A stretch of DNA of 64,000 nucleotides from the human T2T-CHM13v2.0 reference genome, Homo sapiens: assembly GCF_009914755.1 (NCBI RefSeq), contig NC_060948.1. The stretch is one strand, 5' to 3'. Numbering within the stretch: position 1 is the first letter of the stretch; each line of letters begins with the position of its first letter. Below, piece by piece: positions 12,401-25,937 of the stretch. Made by a program: the position numbers and the translations under genes. The notes beneath the pieces were generated by a model that did no database searches, was not told the DNA's origin, and saw only the letters and a list, made by a program, of their open reading frames with translations.

Positions 12401-15400
12401 AATAAAAATGTATGGAATGGAATGCAATGAAACGGAATCGAATGTCATAGAATGTAATGGAATGCAAAAAAATGGAATCCAAAATCATTGAATGGAAAGG
12501 CTGGGTGTCGAAAGGAATTGACTCCAATGGAATGGAATCGAATGGAATGGAAGTGAATAGAATCGAACTAAATCGAATGGAATGGAATTGATAGGAACGG
12601 AATGGAAAGGATTGCAATGATTTGGCATGGAATGGAATCGAATGGCATCGAATGGAATGGAATGGAATGCAATGGAATGGAATGTATTAGAATGTAATGA
12701 ACTTTAATGGAATGTACTCGAATGGATTCGACTGGAATGGAATGTTCTGGAAGTGAATGGACTCCAATGGAATGGATTCAAAAGGAATGGAATCGTACGG
12801 AATGGAATCTAATGGAATGGAATTAAATGGAAATGAATCAAATTGAATAGCACGGAATTGAATTGAATGGAATGGAATGCAATGGAATCTAATGAAACGG
12901 AAAGGAAAGGAATGGAATGGAATGGAATGGGCTGGAATGGAAAGGAATCGAAACGAATGGAATGGAATCGAACTGAAGAGACTGGAATGGAATGCACTGG
13001 AATGGAAGGGAGTGTAATGGAAGGTTCTCGAAAAAAAATGGAATCGAATGGAATGCAATTGAATGGAACGGAATAGAGTCGAATGGAATTGAATGGAATG
13101 GAATGGACTAGAGTGAAATGGAATCGAACCACAAGGAATGGACAGGAATAGAATGGTCTCGAATTGAATGGAATCGTATGGAATGGCATCAAACGGAATG
13201 GAATGGACAGCCACGGAATGGAATGCACTCGAATGCAATGGAGGCGAAACTAACGGACTGGAATAGAATGGACTCGACTGGTACGGACTCCAATGGAATG
13301 GAATCGAATGGAAGGGAATCGAACGGAAGGGAATCGAACGGAATGGACTCGAAGGGAAAAGACTGCAATGGAAAGGTCTCGAATGGAATGGAAATTAATG
13401 GAATGGAATGGAGTCGAATGAAATGGAGTCAAAAGGAATGGAATCGAATGGCAAGAAATCGAATGTAATGGAATCGCAAGGAATTGATGTGAACGGAACG
13501 GAATGGAATGGAATCCAAAGGAATGGAATAGAATGGAATGGAATCGAATGGAAAGGACTCGAATGGAAATCACTCGAATAGAATGCAATTTAATAAAATA
13601 GGATCAAATGTAATGGAATGGAATGGAAAGGAATCGAAACGAAAGGAATGGAGACAGATGGAATGGAATGGAACAGAGAGCAATGGTATAGAATGGAATG
13701 GAATCATCTGGAATGGAATTGAATGGAATGGAATAATATGAAATGGAATGGAATGGAATGGAATGGAATGCCCTTGAATTAAATGGACTGGAATGGAATG
13801 GACTCAAACAGAGTGGAATGGGAAGTGTGGAGATAGAATGGAATGAACTCCTTCGGAATGGTCTAGTAGGCAATGCAATCGACTGGCAGGGAATCAAAAG
13901 GAATGTAATCGAATGGATTGGACTGGAATGCAATGGACTCGAATAGATTGGAAACGGAATGCAAAGAATGGAATGGAATAGTATGGAATGGAATGGAAAG
14001 GAATGGAGTGGAACAGACTAGAGTGGAATGGAATGGACTGGAAAGCAATGGACTGGAATGGAACTTTCTTGAATGGACTGGAATCAAACGGAATGGAATG
14101 CAATGCAATCAAATGGCATGGAATAAAATAGAATGAAAGAGAATCAAATGGAATTGAATCGAATGGAATCGAATGGATTGGAAAGGAATAGAATGGAATG
14201 GAATGGAATTGACTCAAATGGAATGGACTAGAATGGAATGGATTCGAATGGAAGGCAAAGGAATGGAATCTATTGGAATGGACTGTAATGGAATGGAATG
14301 GAAGGGATTGGAATGGACTCGAATGGAATGGACTGCAATAGAAAGGATTCGAATGGAATGAAAAAGAATTGAATGGAATAGAACAGAATGGAATCAAATC
14401 GAATGAAATGGAATGGAATAGAAAGGAATGGAATGAAATGGAATGGAAAGGATTCGAATGGAATGCAATCGAATGGAATGGAATCGAACGGAATGGAATA
14501 AAATGGAAGAAAACTGGCAAGAAATGGAATCGAAATGAATGGAGTGTTATGGAACGGACTCAAAAGGAATTGAATGTAATAGAATGGAGTGGAGTGGACT
14601 CGAATATAATGGACTGGAATGGAATGAAATCACATGGAATGGGAACGAATGGAATGGAATGGAAAGGAATGGAATCGAATGGAAAGGAATCGAATGGAAG
14701 GGAATGAAATTGAATCAACAGGAATGGAAGGGAATAGAATAGACGGTAATGGAATGGACTCGAATAGAATGGACACGAATGCTCAAATTAAATGGACTCG
14801 AATGGAATGGAAACGAAAGGAATGTCATCGAATGGAATTGAATCGATTGGAATGAAATCGCATAGAATGGAGTGGAATCAAATGGAATTGAATCGAAAGG
14901 AAAGGAAGCGAATGGACTGAAATGAAATGGAATGGAATTGAATGGAAAGTAATGCAATGGAATAGAATGGAACGAAATTTCACGGAATGGAATCAAACTG
15001 AATGGAATCAAATCAATGGAATCAAATCAAATGGAATGGAAAGGAATTGAATGGAGTAGATGGGATTGGATGGGATTGGAATGAAATGTACTGGAAAGGA
15101 CTCGAATTTCATGAAACGGAATGGAATGAATTGGAACGGAATGGACTCGAATGGAATGGAATGTCATGGGATGGCATCAAATGGAATGGCATCAAATGGA
15201 ATGGAATCGAATGCAATGGAATGCTATGGAATGGAATGGAATGCATTGGAATGGAATGTCCTCTAATGGAATGGATTCGAGTGGAATGGAATTGAATATA
15301 ATGGAGTCGAATGAAATGGAATTGAAAGGAATGGGATCGAATACAATGGAATATACTGGAATGTAACGTAATGAAATCGAATGTAATTGACTGGAATGGA

Positions 15401-18400
15401 ATGTACATGAATGGAATGTAATCGAATGGAAAGTAATCCAATGGAATAGAATCTAATGCAATAAAATCGACTCAGATAGAGTAGAATGTAATGGAATGGA
15501 GTGCAGTGCAATGGAATGGAATGGAATGGAATGCAATGGAATGGAATGGAATGGAATGGAATGGAATGGAATGGAATGGGATGGAATGGTATGGAAAGGA
15601 TAGTAATGGACTGGAGTGAAATGGACTGGAAAGGAATGGACTCAAATTGAAAGGGCTCGAAAGGAATGGAGTCAAATGGAATGGTCTGGAATGGAATGAA
15701 CACGAATGTAATGCAACCCAATAGAATGGAATCGAATGGCATGGAATATAAAGAAATGGAATCGAAGAGAATGGAAACAAATGGAATGGAATTGAATGGA
15801 ATGGGAACGAATGGAGTGAAATTGTATGCAGTAGAAGAGAATAGAATGGAATGCAAGCGAAAGGAAAGGAATGGATTGGAATGGAATGGAATTCATTGGA
15901 ATGGAAGGGAATGTAGTGTAATGGACAGGCCTGGAATAAAGTGGAATGCTACGGTCTCGAATGGAATAAAAATGTATGGAATGGAATGCAATGAAACGGA
16001 ATCGAATGTCATAGAATGTAATGGAATGCAAAAAAATGGAATCCAAAATCATTGACTGGAAAGGCTGGGTGTCGAAAGGAATTGACTCCAATGGAATGGA
16101 ATCGAATGGAATGGAAGTGAATAGAATCGAACTAAATCGAATGGAATGGAATTGATAGGAACGGAATGGAAAGGAATGCAATGATTTGGCATGGAATGGA
16201 ATCGAATGGCATCGAATGGAATGGAATGGAATGCAATGGAATGGAATGTATTAGAATGTAATGAACTTTAATGGAATGTACTCGAATGGATTCGACTGGA
16301 ATGGAATGTTCTGGAAGTGAATGGACTCCAATGGAATGGATTCAAAAGGAATGGAATCGTACGGAATGGAATCTAATGGAATGCAATTAAATGGAAATGA
16401 ATCAAATTGAATAGCACGGAATTGAATTGAATGGAATGGAATGCAATGGAATCTAATGAAACGGAAAGGAAAGGAATGGAATGGAATGGAATGGGCTGGA
16501 ATGGAAAGGAATCGAAACGAATGGAATGGAATCGAACTGAAGAGACTGGAATGGAATGCACTGGAATGGAAGGGAGTGTAATGGAAGGCTCTCGAAAAAA
16601 ATGGAATCGAATGGAATGCAATTGAATGGAACGGAATAGAGTCGAATGGAATTGAATGGAATGGAATGGACTAGAGTGAAATGGAATCGAACCACAAGGA
16701 ATGGACAGGAATAGAATGGTCTCGAATTGAATGGAATCGTATGGAATGGCATCAAACGGAATGGAATGGACAGCCACGGAATGGAATGCACTCGAATGCA
16801 ATGGAGGCGAAACTAACGGACTGGAATAGAATGGACTCGACTGGTACGGACTCCAATGGAATGGAATCGAATGGAAGGGAATCGAACGGAAGGGAATCGA
16901 ACGGAATGGACTCGAAGGGAAAAGACTGCAATGGAAAGGTCTCGAATGGAATGGAAATTAATGGAATGGAATGGAATCGAATGAAATGGAGTCAAAAGGA
17001 ATGGAATCGAATGGCAAGAAATCGAATGTAATGGAATCGCAAGGAATTGATGTGAACGGAACGGAATGGAATGGAATCCAAAGGAATGGAATAGAATGGA
17101 ATGGAATCGAATGGAAAGGACTCGAATGGAAATCACTCGAATAGAATGCAATTTAATAAAATAGGATCAAATGTAATGGAATGGAATGGAAAGGAATCGA
17201 AACGAAAGGAATGGAGACAGATGGAATGGAATGGAACAGAGAGCAATGGTATAGAATGGAATGGAATCATCTGGAATGGAATTGAATGGAATGGAATAAT
17301 ATGAAATGGAATGGAATGGAATGGAATGGAATGCCCTTGAATTAAATGGACTGGACTCGAACAGAGTGGAATGGAAAGTGTTGAGATAGAATGGAATGGA
17401 CTCCTTTGGAATGGTCTAGTATGCAATGCAATCGACTGGCAGGGAATCAAAAGGAATGTAATGGAATGGATTGGACTGGAATGCAATGGACTCGAATAGA
17501 TTGGAAACGGAATGCAAAGGAATGGAATGGAATAGTATGGAATGGAATGGAAAGGAATGGAGTGGAATAGACTAGAGTGGAATGGAATGGACTGGAAAGC
17601 AATGGACTGGAATGGAACTTTCTTGAATGGACTGGAATCAAACGGAATGGAATGCAATGCAATCAAATGGCATGGAATAAAATAGAATGAAAGAGAATCA
17701 AATGGAATTGAATCGAATGGAATCGAATGGATTGGAAAGGAATAGAATGGAATGGAATGGAATTGACTCAAATGGAATGGACTAGAATGGAATGGATTCG
17801 AATGGAAGGCAAAGGAATGGAATCTATTGGAATGGACTGTAATGGAATGGAATGGAAGGGATTGGAATGGACTCGAATGGAATGGACTGCAATAGAAAGG
17901 ATTCGAATGGAATGAAAAAGAATTGAATGGAATAGAACAGAATGGAATCAAATCGAATGAAATGGAATGGAATAGAAAGGAATGGAATGAAATGGAATGG
18001 AAAGGATTCGAATGGAATGCAATCGAATGGAATGGAATCGAACGGAATGGAATAAAATGGAAGAAAACTGGCAAGAAATGGAATCGAAATGAATGGAGTG
18101 TTATGGAACGGACTCAAAAGGAATTGAATGTAATAGAATGGAGTGGAGTGGACTCGAATATAATGGACTGGAATGGAATGAAATCACATGGAATGGGAAC
18201 GAATGGAATGGAATGGAAAGGAATGGAATCGAATGGAAAGGAATCGAATGGAAGGGAATGAAATTGAATCAACAGGAATGGAAGGGAATAGAATAGACGG
18301 TAATGGAATGGACTCGAATAGAATGGACACGAATGCTCAAATTGAATGGACTCGAATGGAATGGAAACGAAAGGAATGTCATCGAATGGAATTGAATCGA

Positions 18401-19091
18401 TTGGAATGAAATCGCATAGAATGGAGTGGAATCAAATGGAATTGAATCGAAAGGAAAGGAAGCGAATGGACTGAAATGAAATGGAATGGAATTGAATGGA
18501 AAGTAATGCAATGGAATAGAATGGAACGAAATTTCACGGAATGGAATCAAACTGAATGGAATCAAATCAATGGAATCAAATCAAATGGAATGGAAAGGAA
18601 TTGAATGGAGTAGATGGGATTGGATGGGATTGGAATGAAATGTACTGGAAAGGACTCGAATTTCATGAAACGGAATGGAATGAATTGGAACGGAATGGAC
18701 TCGAATGGAATGGAATGTCATGGGATGGCATCAAATGGAATGGCATCAAATGGAATGGAATCGAATGCAATGGAATGCTATGGAATGGAATGGAATGCAT
18801 TGGAATGGAATGTCCTCTAATGGAATGGATTCGAGTGGAATGGAATTGAATATAATGGAGTCGAATGAAATGGAATTGAAAGGAATGGGATCGAATACAA
18901 TGGAATATACTGGAATGTAACGTAATGAACTCGAATGTAATTGACTGGAATGGAATGTACATGAATGGAATGTAATCGAATGGAAAGTAATCCAATGGAA
19001 TAGAATCTAATGCAATAAAATCGACTCAGATAGAGTAGAATGTAATGGAATGGAGTGCAGTGCAATGGAATGGAATGGAATGGAATGCAAT

Positions 19092-19141
19092 GGAATGGAA
19101 TGGAATGGAATGGAATGGAATGGAATGGAATGGAATGGAAT
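19092..19141 (+). repeat. Longest pure (GGAAT)10 tract seen; length-variable microsatellite within the unit
   Basis: Ten perfect GGAAT copies followed by GGCAT GGGAT. Orthologous tracts in other units hold 2 to 9 pentamers. Confidence 0.85.
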
Positions 19142-22100
19142 GGCATGGGATGGAATGGTATGGAATGGATAGTAATGGACTGGAGTGAAATGGACTGGAA
19201 AGGAATGGACTCAAATTGAAAGGGCTCGAAAGGAATGGAGTCAAATGGAATGGTCTGGAATGGAATGAACACGAATGTAATGCAACCCAATAGAATGGAA
19301 TCGAATGGCATGGAATATAAAGAAATGGAATCGAAGAGAATGGAAACAAATGGAATGGAATTGAATGGAATGGGAACGAATGGAGTGAAATTGTATGCAG
19401 TAGAAGAGAATAGAATGGAATGCAAGCGAAAGGAAAGGAATGGATTGGAATGGAATGGAATTCATTGGAATGGAAGGGAATGTAGTGTAATGGACAGGCC
19501 TGGAATAAAGTGGAATGCTACGGTCTCGAATGGAATAAAAATGTATGGAATGGAATGCAATGAAACGGAATCGAATGTCATAGAATGTAATGGAATGCAA
19601 AAAAATGGAATCCAAAATCATTGACTGGAAAGGCTGGGTGTCGAAAGGAATTGACTCCAATGGAATGGAATCGAATGGAATGGAAGTGAATAGAATCGAA
19701 CTAAATCGAATGGAATGGAATTGATAGGAACGGAATGGAAAGGAATGCAATGATTTGGCATGGAATGGAATCGAATGGCATCGAATGGAATGGAATGGAA
19801 TGCAATGGAATGGAATGTATTAGAATGTAATGAACTTTAATGGAATGTACTCGAATGGATTCGACTGGAATGGAATGTTCTGGAAGTGAATGGACTCCAA
19901 TGGAATGGATTCAAAAGGAATGGAATCGTACGGAATGGAATCTAATGGAATGGAATTAAATGGAAATGAATCAAATTGAATAGCACGGAATTGAATTGAA
20001 TGGAATGGAATGCAATGGAATCTAATGAAACGGAAAGGAAAGGAATGGAATGGAATGGAATGGGCTGGAATGGAAAGGAATCGAAACGAATGGAATGGAA
20101 TCGAACTGAAGAGACTGGAATGGAATGCACTGGAATGGAAGGGAGTGTAATGGAAGGTTCTCGAAAAAAATGGAATCGAATGGAATGGAATTGAATGGAA
20201 CGGAATAGAGTCGAATGGAATTGAATGGAATGGAATGGACTAGAGTGAAATGGAATCGAACCACAAGGAATGGACAGGAATAGAATGGTCTCGAATTGAA
20301 AGGAATCGTATGGAATGGCATCAAACGGAATGGAATGGACAGCCACGGAATGGAATGCACTCGAATGCAATGGAGTCGAAACTAACGGACTGGAATAGAA
20401 TGGACTCGACTGGTACGGACTCCAATGGAATGGAATCGAATGGAAGGTAATCGAACGGAATGGACTCGAAGGGAAAAGACTGCAATGGAAAGGTCTCGAA
20501 TGGAATGGAAATTAATGGAATGGAATGGAATCGAATGAAATGGAGTCAAAAGGAATGGAATCGAATGGCAAGAAATCGAATGTAATGGAATCGCAAGGAA
20601 TTGATGTGAACGGAACGGAATGGAATGGAATCCAAAGGAATGGAATAGAATGGAATGGAATCGAATGGAAAGGACTCGAATGGAAAGCACTCGAATAGAA
20701 TGCAATTTAATAAAATAGGATCAAATGTAATGGAATGGAATGGAAAGGAATCGAAACGAAAGGAATGGAGACAGATGGAATGGAATGGAACAGAGAGCAA
20801 TGGTATAGAATGGAATGGAATCATCTGGAATGGAATTGAATGGAATGGAATAATATGAAATGGAATGGAATGGAATGGAATGGAATGCCCTTGAATTAAA
20901 TGGACTGGAATGGAATGGACTCAAACAGAGTGGAATGGAAAGTGTGGAGATAGAATGGAATGAACTCCTTTGGAATGGTCTAGTAGGCAATGCAATCGAC
21001 TGGCAGGGAATCAAAAGGAATGTAATCGAATGGATTGGACTGGAATGCAATGGACTCGAATAGATTGGAAAGGGAATGCAAAGAATGGAATGGAATAGTA
21101 TGGAATGGAATGGAAAGGAATGGAGTGGAATAGACTAGAGTGGAATGGAATGGACTGGAAAGCAATGGACTGGAATGGAACTTTCTTGAATGGACTGGAA
21201 TCAAACGGAATGGAATGCAATGCAATCAAATGGCATGGAATAAAATAGAATGAAAGAGAATCAAATGGAATTGAATCGAATGGAATCGAATGGATTGGAA
21301 AGGAATAGAATGGAATGGAATGGAATTGACTCAAATGGAATGGACTAGAATGGAATGGATTCGAATGGAAGGCAAAGGAATGGAATCTATTGGAATGGAC
21401 TGTAATGGAATGGAATGGAAGGGATTAGAATGGACTCGAATGGAATGGACTGCAATAGAAAGGATTCGAATGGAATGAAAAAGAATTGAAGGGAATAGAA
21501 CAGAATGGAATCAAATCGAATGAAATGGAATGGAATAGAAAGGAATGGAATGAAATGGAATGGAAAGGATTCGAATGGAATGCAATCGAATGGAATGGAA
21601 TCGAACGGAATGGAATAAAATGGAAGAAAACTGGCAAGAAATGGAATCGAAATGAATGGAGTGTTATGGAACGGACTCAAAAGGAATTGAATGTAATAGA
21701 ATGGAGTGGAGTGGACTCGAATATAATGGACTGGAATGGAATGAAATCACATGGAATGGGAACGAATGGAATGGAATGGAAAGGAATGGAATCGAATGGA
21801 AAGGAATCGAATGGAAGGGAATGAAATTGAATCAACAGGAATGGAAGGGAATAGAATAGACGGTAATGGAATGGACTCGAATAGAATGGACACGAATGCT
21901 CAAATTAAATGGACTCGAATGGAATGGAAACGAAAGGAATGTCATCGAATGGAATTGAATCGATTGGAATGAAATCGCATAGAATGGAGTGGAATCAAAT
22001 GGAATTGAATCGAAAGGAAAGGAAGCGAATGGACTGAAATGAAATGGAATGGAATTGAATGGAAAGTAATGCAATGGAATAGAATGGAACGAAATTTCAC

Positions 22101-23059
22101 GGAATGGAATCAAACTGAATGGAATCAAATCAATGGAATCAAATCAAATGGAATGGAAAGGAATTGAATGGAGTAGATGGGATTGGATGGGATTGGAATG
22201 AAATGTACTGGAAAGGACTCGAATTTCATGAAACGGAATGGAATGAATTGGAAAGGAATGGACTCGAATGGAATGGAATGTCATGGGATGGCATCAAATG
22301 GAATGGCATCAAATGGAATGGAATCGAATGCAATGGAATGCTATGGAATGGAATGGAATGCATTGGAATGGAATGTCCTCTAATGGAATGGATTCGAGTG
22401 GAATGGAATTGAATATAATGGAGTCGAATGAAATGGAATTGAAAGGAATGGGATCGAATACAATGGAATATACTGGAATGTAACGTAATGAACTCGAATG
22501 TAATTGACTGGAATGGAATGTACATGAATGGAATGTAATCGAATGGAAAGTAATCCAATGGAATAGAATCTAATGCAATAAAATCGAATCAGATAGAGTA
22601 GAATGTAATGGAATGGAGTGCAGTGCAATGGAATGGAATGGAATGGAATGCAATGGAATGGAATGGAATGGAATGGAATGGAATGGAATGGAATGGGATG
22701 GAATGGTATGGAATGTATAGTAATGGACTGGAGTGAAATGGACTGGAAAGGAATGGACTCAAATTGAAAGGGCTCGAAAGGAATGGACTCAAATGGAATG
22801 GTCTGGAATGGAATGAACACGAATGTAATGCAACCCAATAGAATGGAATCGAATGGCATGGAATATAAAGAAATGGAATCGAAGAGAATGGAAACAAATG
22901 GAATGGAATTGAATGGAATGGAATTGAATGGAATGGGAACGAATGGAGTGAAATTGTATGCAGTAGAAGAGAATAGAATGGAATGCAAGCGAAAGGAAAG
23001 GAATGGATTGGAATGGAATGGAATTCATTGGAATGGAAGGGAATGTAGTGTAATGGACA

Positions 23060-25937
23060 GGCCTGGAATAAAGTGGAATGCTACGGTCTCGAATGGAATA
23101 AAAATGTATAGAATGGAATGCAATGAAACGGAATCGAATGTCATAGAATGTAATGGAATGCAAAAAAATGGAATCCAAAATCATTGACTGGAAAGGCTGG
23201 GTGTCGAAAGGAATTGACTCCAATGGAATGGAATCGAATGGAATGGAAGTGAATAGAATCGAACTAAATCGAATGGAATGGAATTGATAGGAACGGAATG
23301 GAAAGGAATGCAATGATTTGGCATGGAATGGAATCGAATGGCATCGAATGGAATGGAATGGAATGCAATGGAATGGAATGTATTAGAATGTAATGAACTT
23401 TAATGGAATGTACTCGAATGGATTCGACTGGAATGGAATGTTCTGGAAGTGAACGGACTCCAATGGAATGGATTCAAAAGGAATGGAATCGTACGGAATG
23501 GAATCTAATGGAATGGAATTAAATGGAAATGAATCAAATTGAATAGCACGGAATTGAATTGAATGGAATGGAATGCAATGGAATCTAATGAAACGGAAAG
23601 GAAAGGAATGGAATGGAATGGAATGGGCTGGAATGGAAAGGAATCGAAACGAATGGAATGGAATCGAACTGAAGAGACTGGAATGGAATGCACTGGAATG
23701 GAAGGGAGTGTAATGGAAGGTTCTCGAAAAAAATGGAATCGAATGGAATGGAATTGAATGGAACGGAATAGAGTCGAATGGAATTGAATGGAATGGAATG
23801 GACTAGAGTGAAATGGAATCGAACCACAAGGAATGGACAGGAATAGAATGGTCTCGAATTGAATGGAATCGTATGGAATGGCATCAAACGGAATGGAATG
23901 GACAGCCACGGAATGGAATGCACTCGAATGCAATGGAGTCGAAACTAACGGACTGGAATAGAATGGACTCGACTGGTAGGGACTCCAATGGAATGGAATC
24001 GAATGGAAGGGAATCGAACGGAAGGGAATCGAACGGAATGGACTCGAAGGGAAAAGACTGCAATGGAAAGGTCTCGAATGGAATGGAAATTAATGGAATG
24101 GAATGGAATCGAATGAAATGGAGTCAAAAGGAATGGAATCGAATGGCAAGAAATCGAATGTAATGGAATCGCAAGGAATTGATGTGAACGGAACGGAATG
24201 GAATGGAATCCAAAGGAATGGAATAGAATGGAATGGAATCGAATGGAAGGCAAAGGAATGGAATCTATTGGAATGGACTGTAATGGAATGGAATGGAAGG
24301 GATTGGAATGGACTCGAATGGAATGGACTGCAATAGAAAGGATTCGAATGGAATGAAAAAGAATTGAAGGGAATAGAACAGAATGGAATCAAATCGAATG
24401 AAATGGAATGGAATAGAAAGGAATGGAATGAAATGGAATGGAAAGGATTCGAATGGAATGCAATCGAATGGAATGGAATCGAACGGAATGGAATAAAATG
24501 GAAGAAAACTGGCAAGAAATGGAATCGAAATGAATGGAGTGTTATGGAACGGACTCAAAAGGAATTGAATGTAATAGAATGGAGTGGAGTGGACTCGAAT
24601 ATAATGGACTGGAATGGAATGAAATCACATGGAATGGGAACGAATGGAATGGAATGGAAAGGAATGGAATCGAATGGAAAGGAATCGAATGGAAGGGAAT
24701 GAAATTGAATCAACAGGAATGGAAGGGAATAGAATAGACGGTAATGGAATGGACTCGAATAGAATGGACACGAATGCTCAAATTAAATGGACTCGAATGG
24801 AATGGAAACGAAAGGAATGTCATCGAATGGAATTGAATCGATTGGAATGAAATCGCATAGAATGGAGTGGAATCAAATGGAATTGAATCGAAAGGAAAGG
24901 AAGCGAATGGACTGAAATGAAATGGAATGGAATTGAATGGAAAGTAATGCAATGGAATAGAATGGAACGAAATTTCACGGAATGGAATCAAACTGAATGG
25001 AATCAAATCAATGGAATCAAATCAAATGGAATGGAAAGGAATTGAATGAAGTAGATGGGATTGGATGGGATTGGAATGAAATGTACTGGAAAGGACTCGA
25101 ATTTCATGAAACGGAATGGAATGAATTGGAAAGGAATGGACTCGAATGGAATGGAATGTCATGGGATGGCATCAAATGGAATGGCATCAAATGGAATGGA
25201 ATCGAATGCAATGGAATGCTATGGAATGGAATGGAATGCATTGGAATGGAATGTCCTCTAATGGAATGGATTCGAGTGGAATGGAATTGAATATAATGGA
25301 GTCGAATGAAATGGAATTGAAAGGAATGGGATCGAATACAATGGAATATACTGGAATGTAACGTAATGAACTCGAATGTAATTGACTGGAATGGAATGTA
25401 CATGAATGGAATGTAATCGAATGGAAAGTAATCCAATGGAATAGAATCTAATGCAATAAAATCGAATCAGATAGAGTAGAATGTAATGGAATGGAGTGCA
25501 GTGCAATGGAATGGAATGGAATGGAATGCAATGGAATGGAATGGAATGGAATGGAATGGAATGGAATGGAATGGGATGGAATGGTATGGAATGTATAGTA
25601 ATGGACTGGAGTGAAATGGACTGGAAAGGAATGGACTCAAATTGAAAGGGCTCGAAAGGAATGGAGTCAAATGGAATGGTCTGGAATGGAATGAACACGA
25701 ATGTAATGCAACCCAATAGAATGGAATCGAATGGCATGGAATATAAAGAAATGGAATCGAAGAGAATGGAAACAAATGGAATGGAATTGAATGGAATGGA
25801 ATTGAATGGAATGGGAACGAATGGAGTGAAATTGTATGCAGTAGAAGAGAATAGAATGGAATGCAAGCGAAAGGAAAGGAATGGATTGGAATGGAATGGA
25901 ATTCATTGGAATGGAAGGGAATGTAGTGTAATGGACA
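23060..25937 (-). repeat. DYZ1: Short 2878 bp DYZ1 unit lacking 686 bp, junction at 24239-24248
   Basis: The sequence jumps from the equivalent of 2955-2964 to 3641-3650 across a shared TCGAATGGAA. 3564-686=2878. Confidence 0.92.

Noticed and set aside
17133-18074. Long minus-strand ORFs up to 313 aa (FHSIP-rich) and plus-strand MEWNG-rich ORFs repeated in every unit
   Set aside because: These are direct translations of (TTCCA)n/(GGAAT)n, which contain no stop codons. They are low complexity, overlap in several frames, change frame and length with pentamer indels, and show no domains or signs of codon-level constraint.
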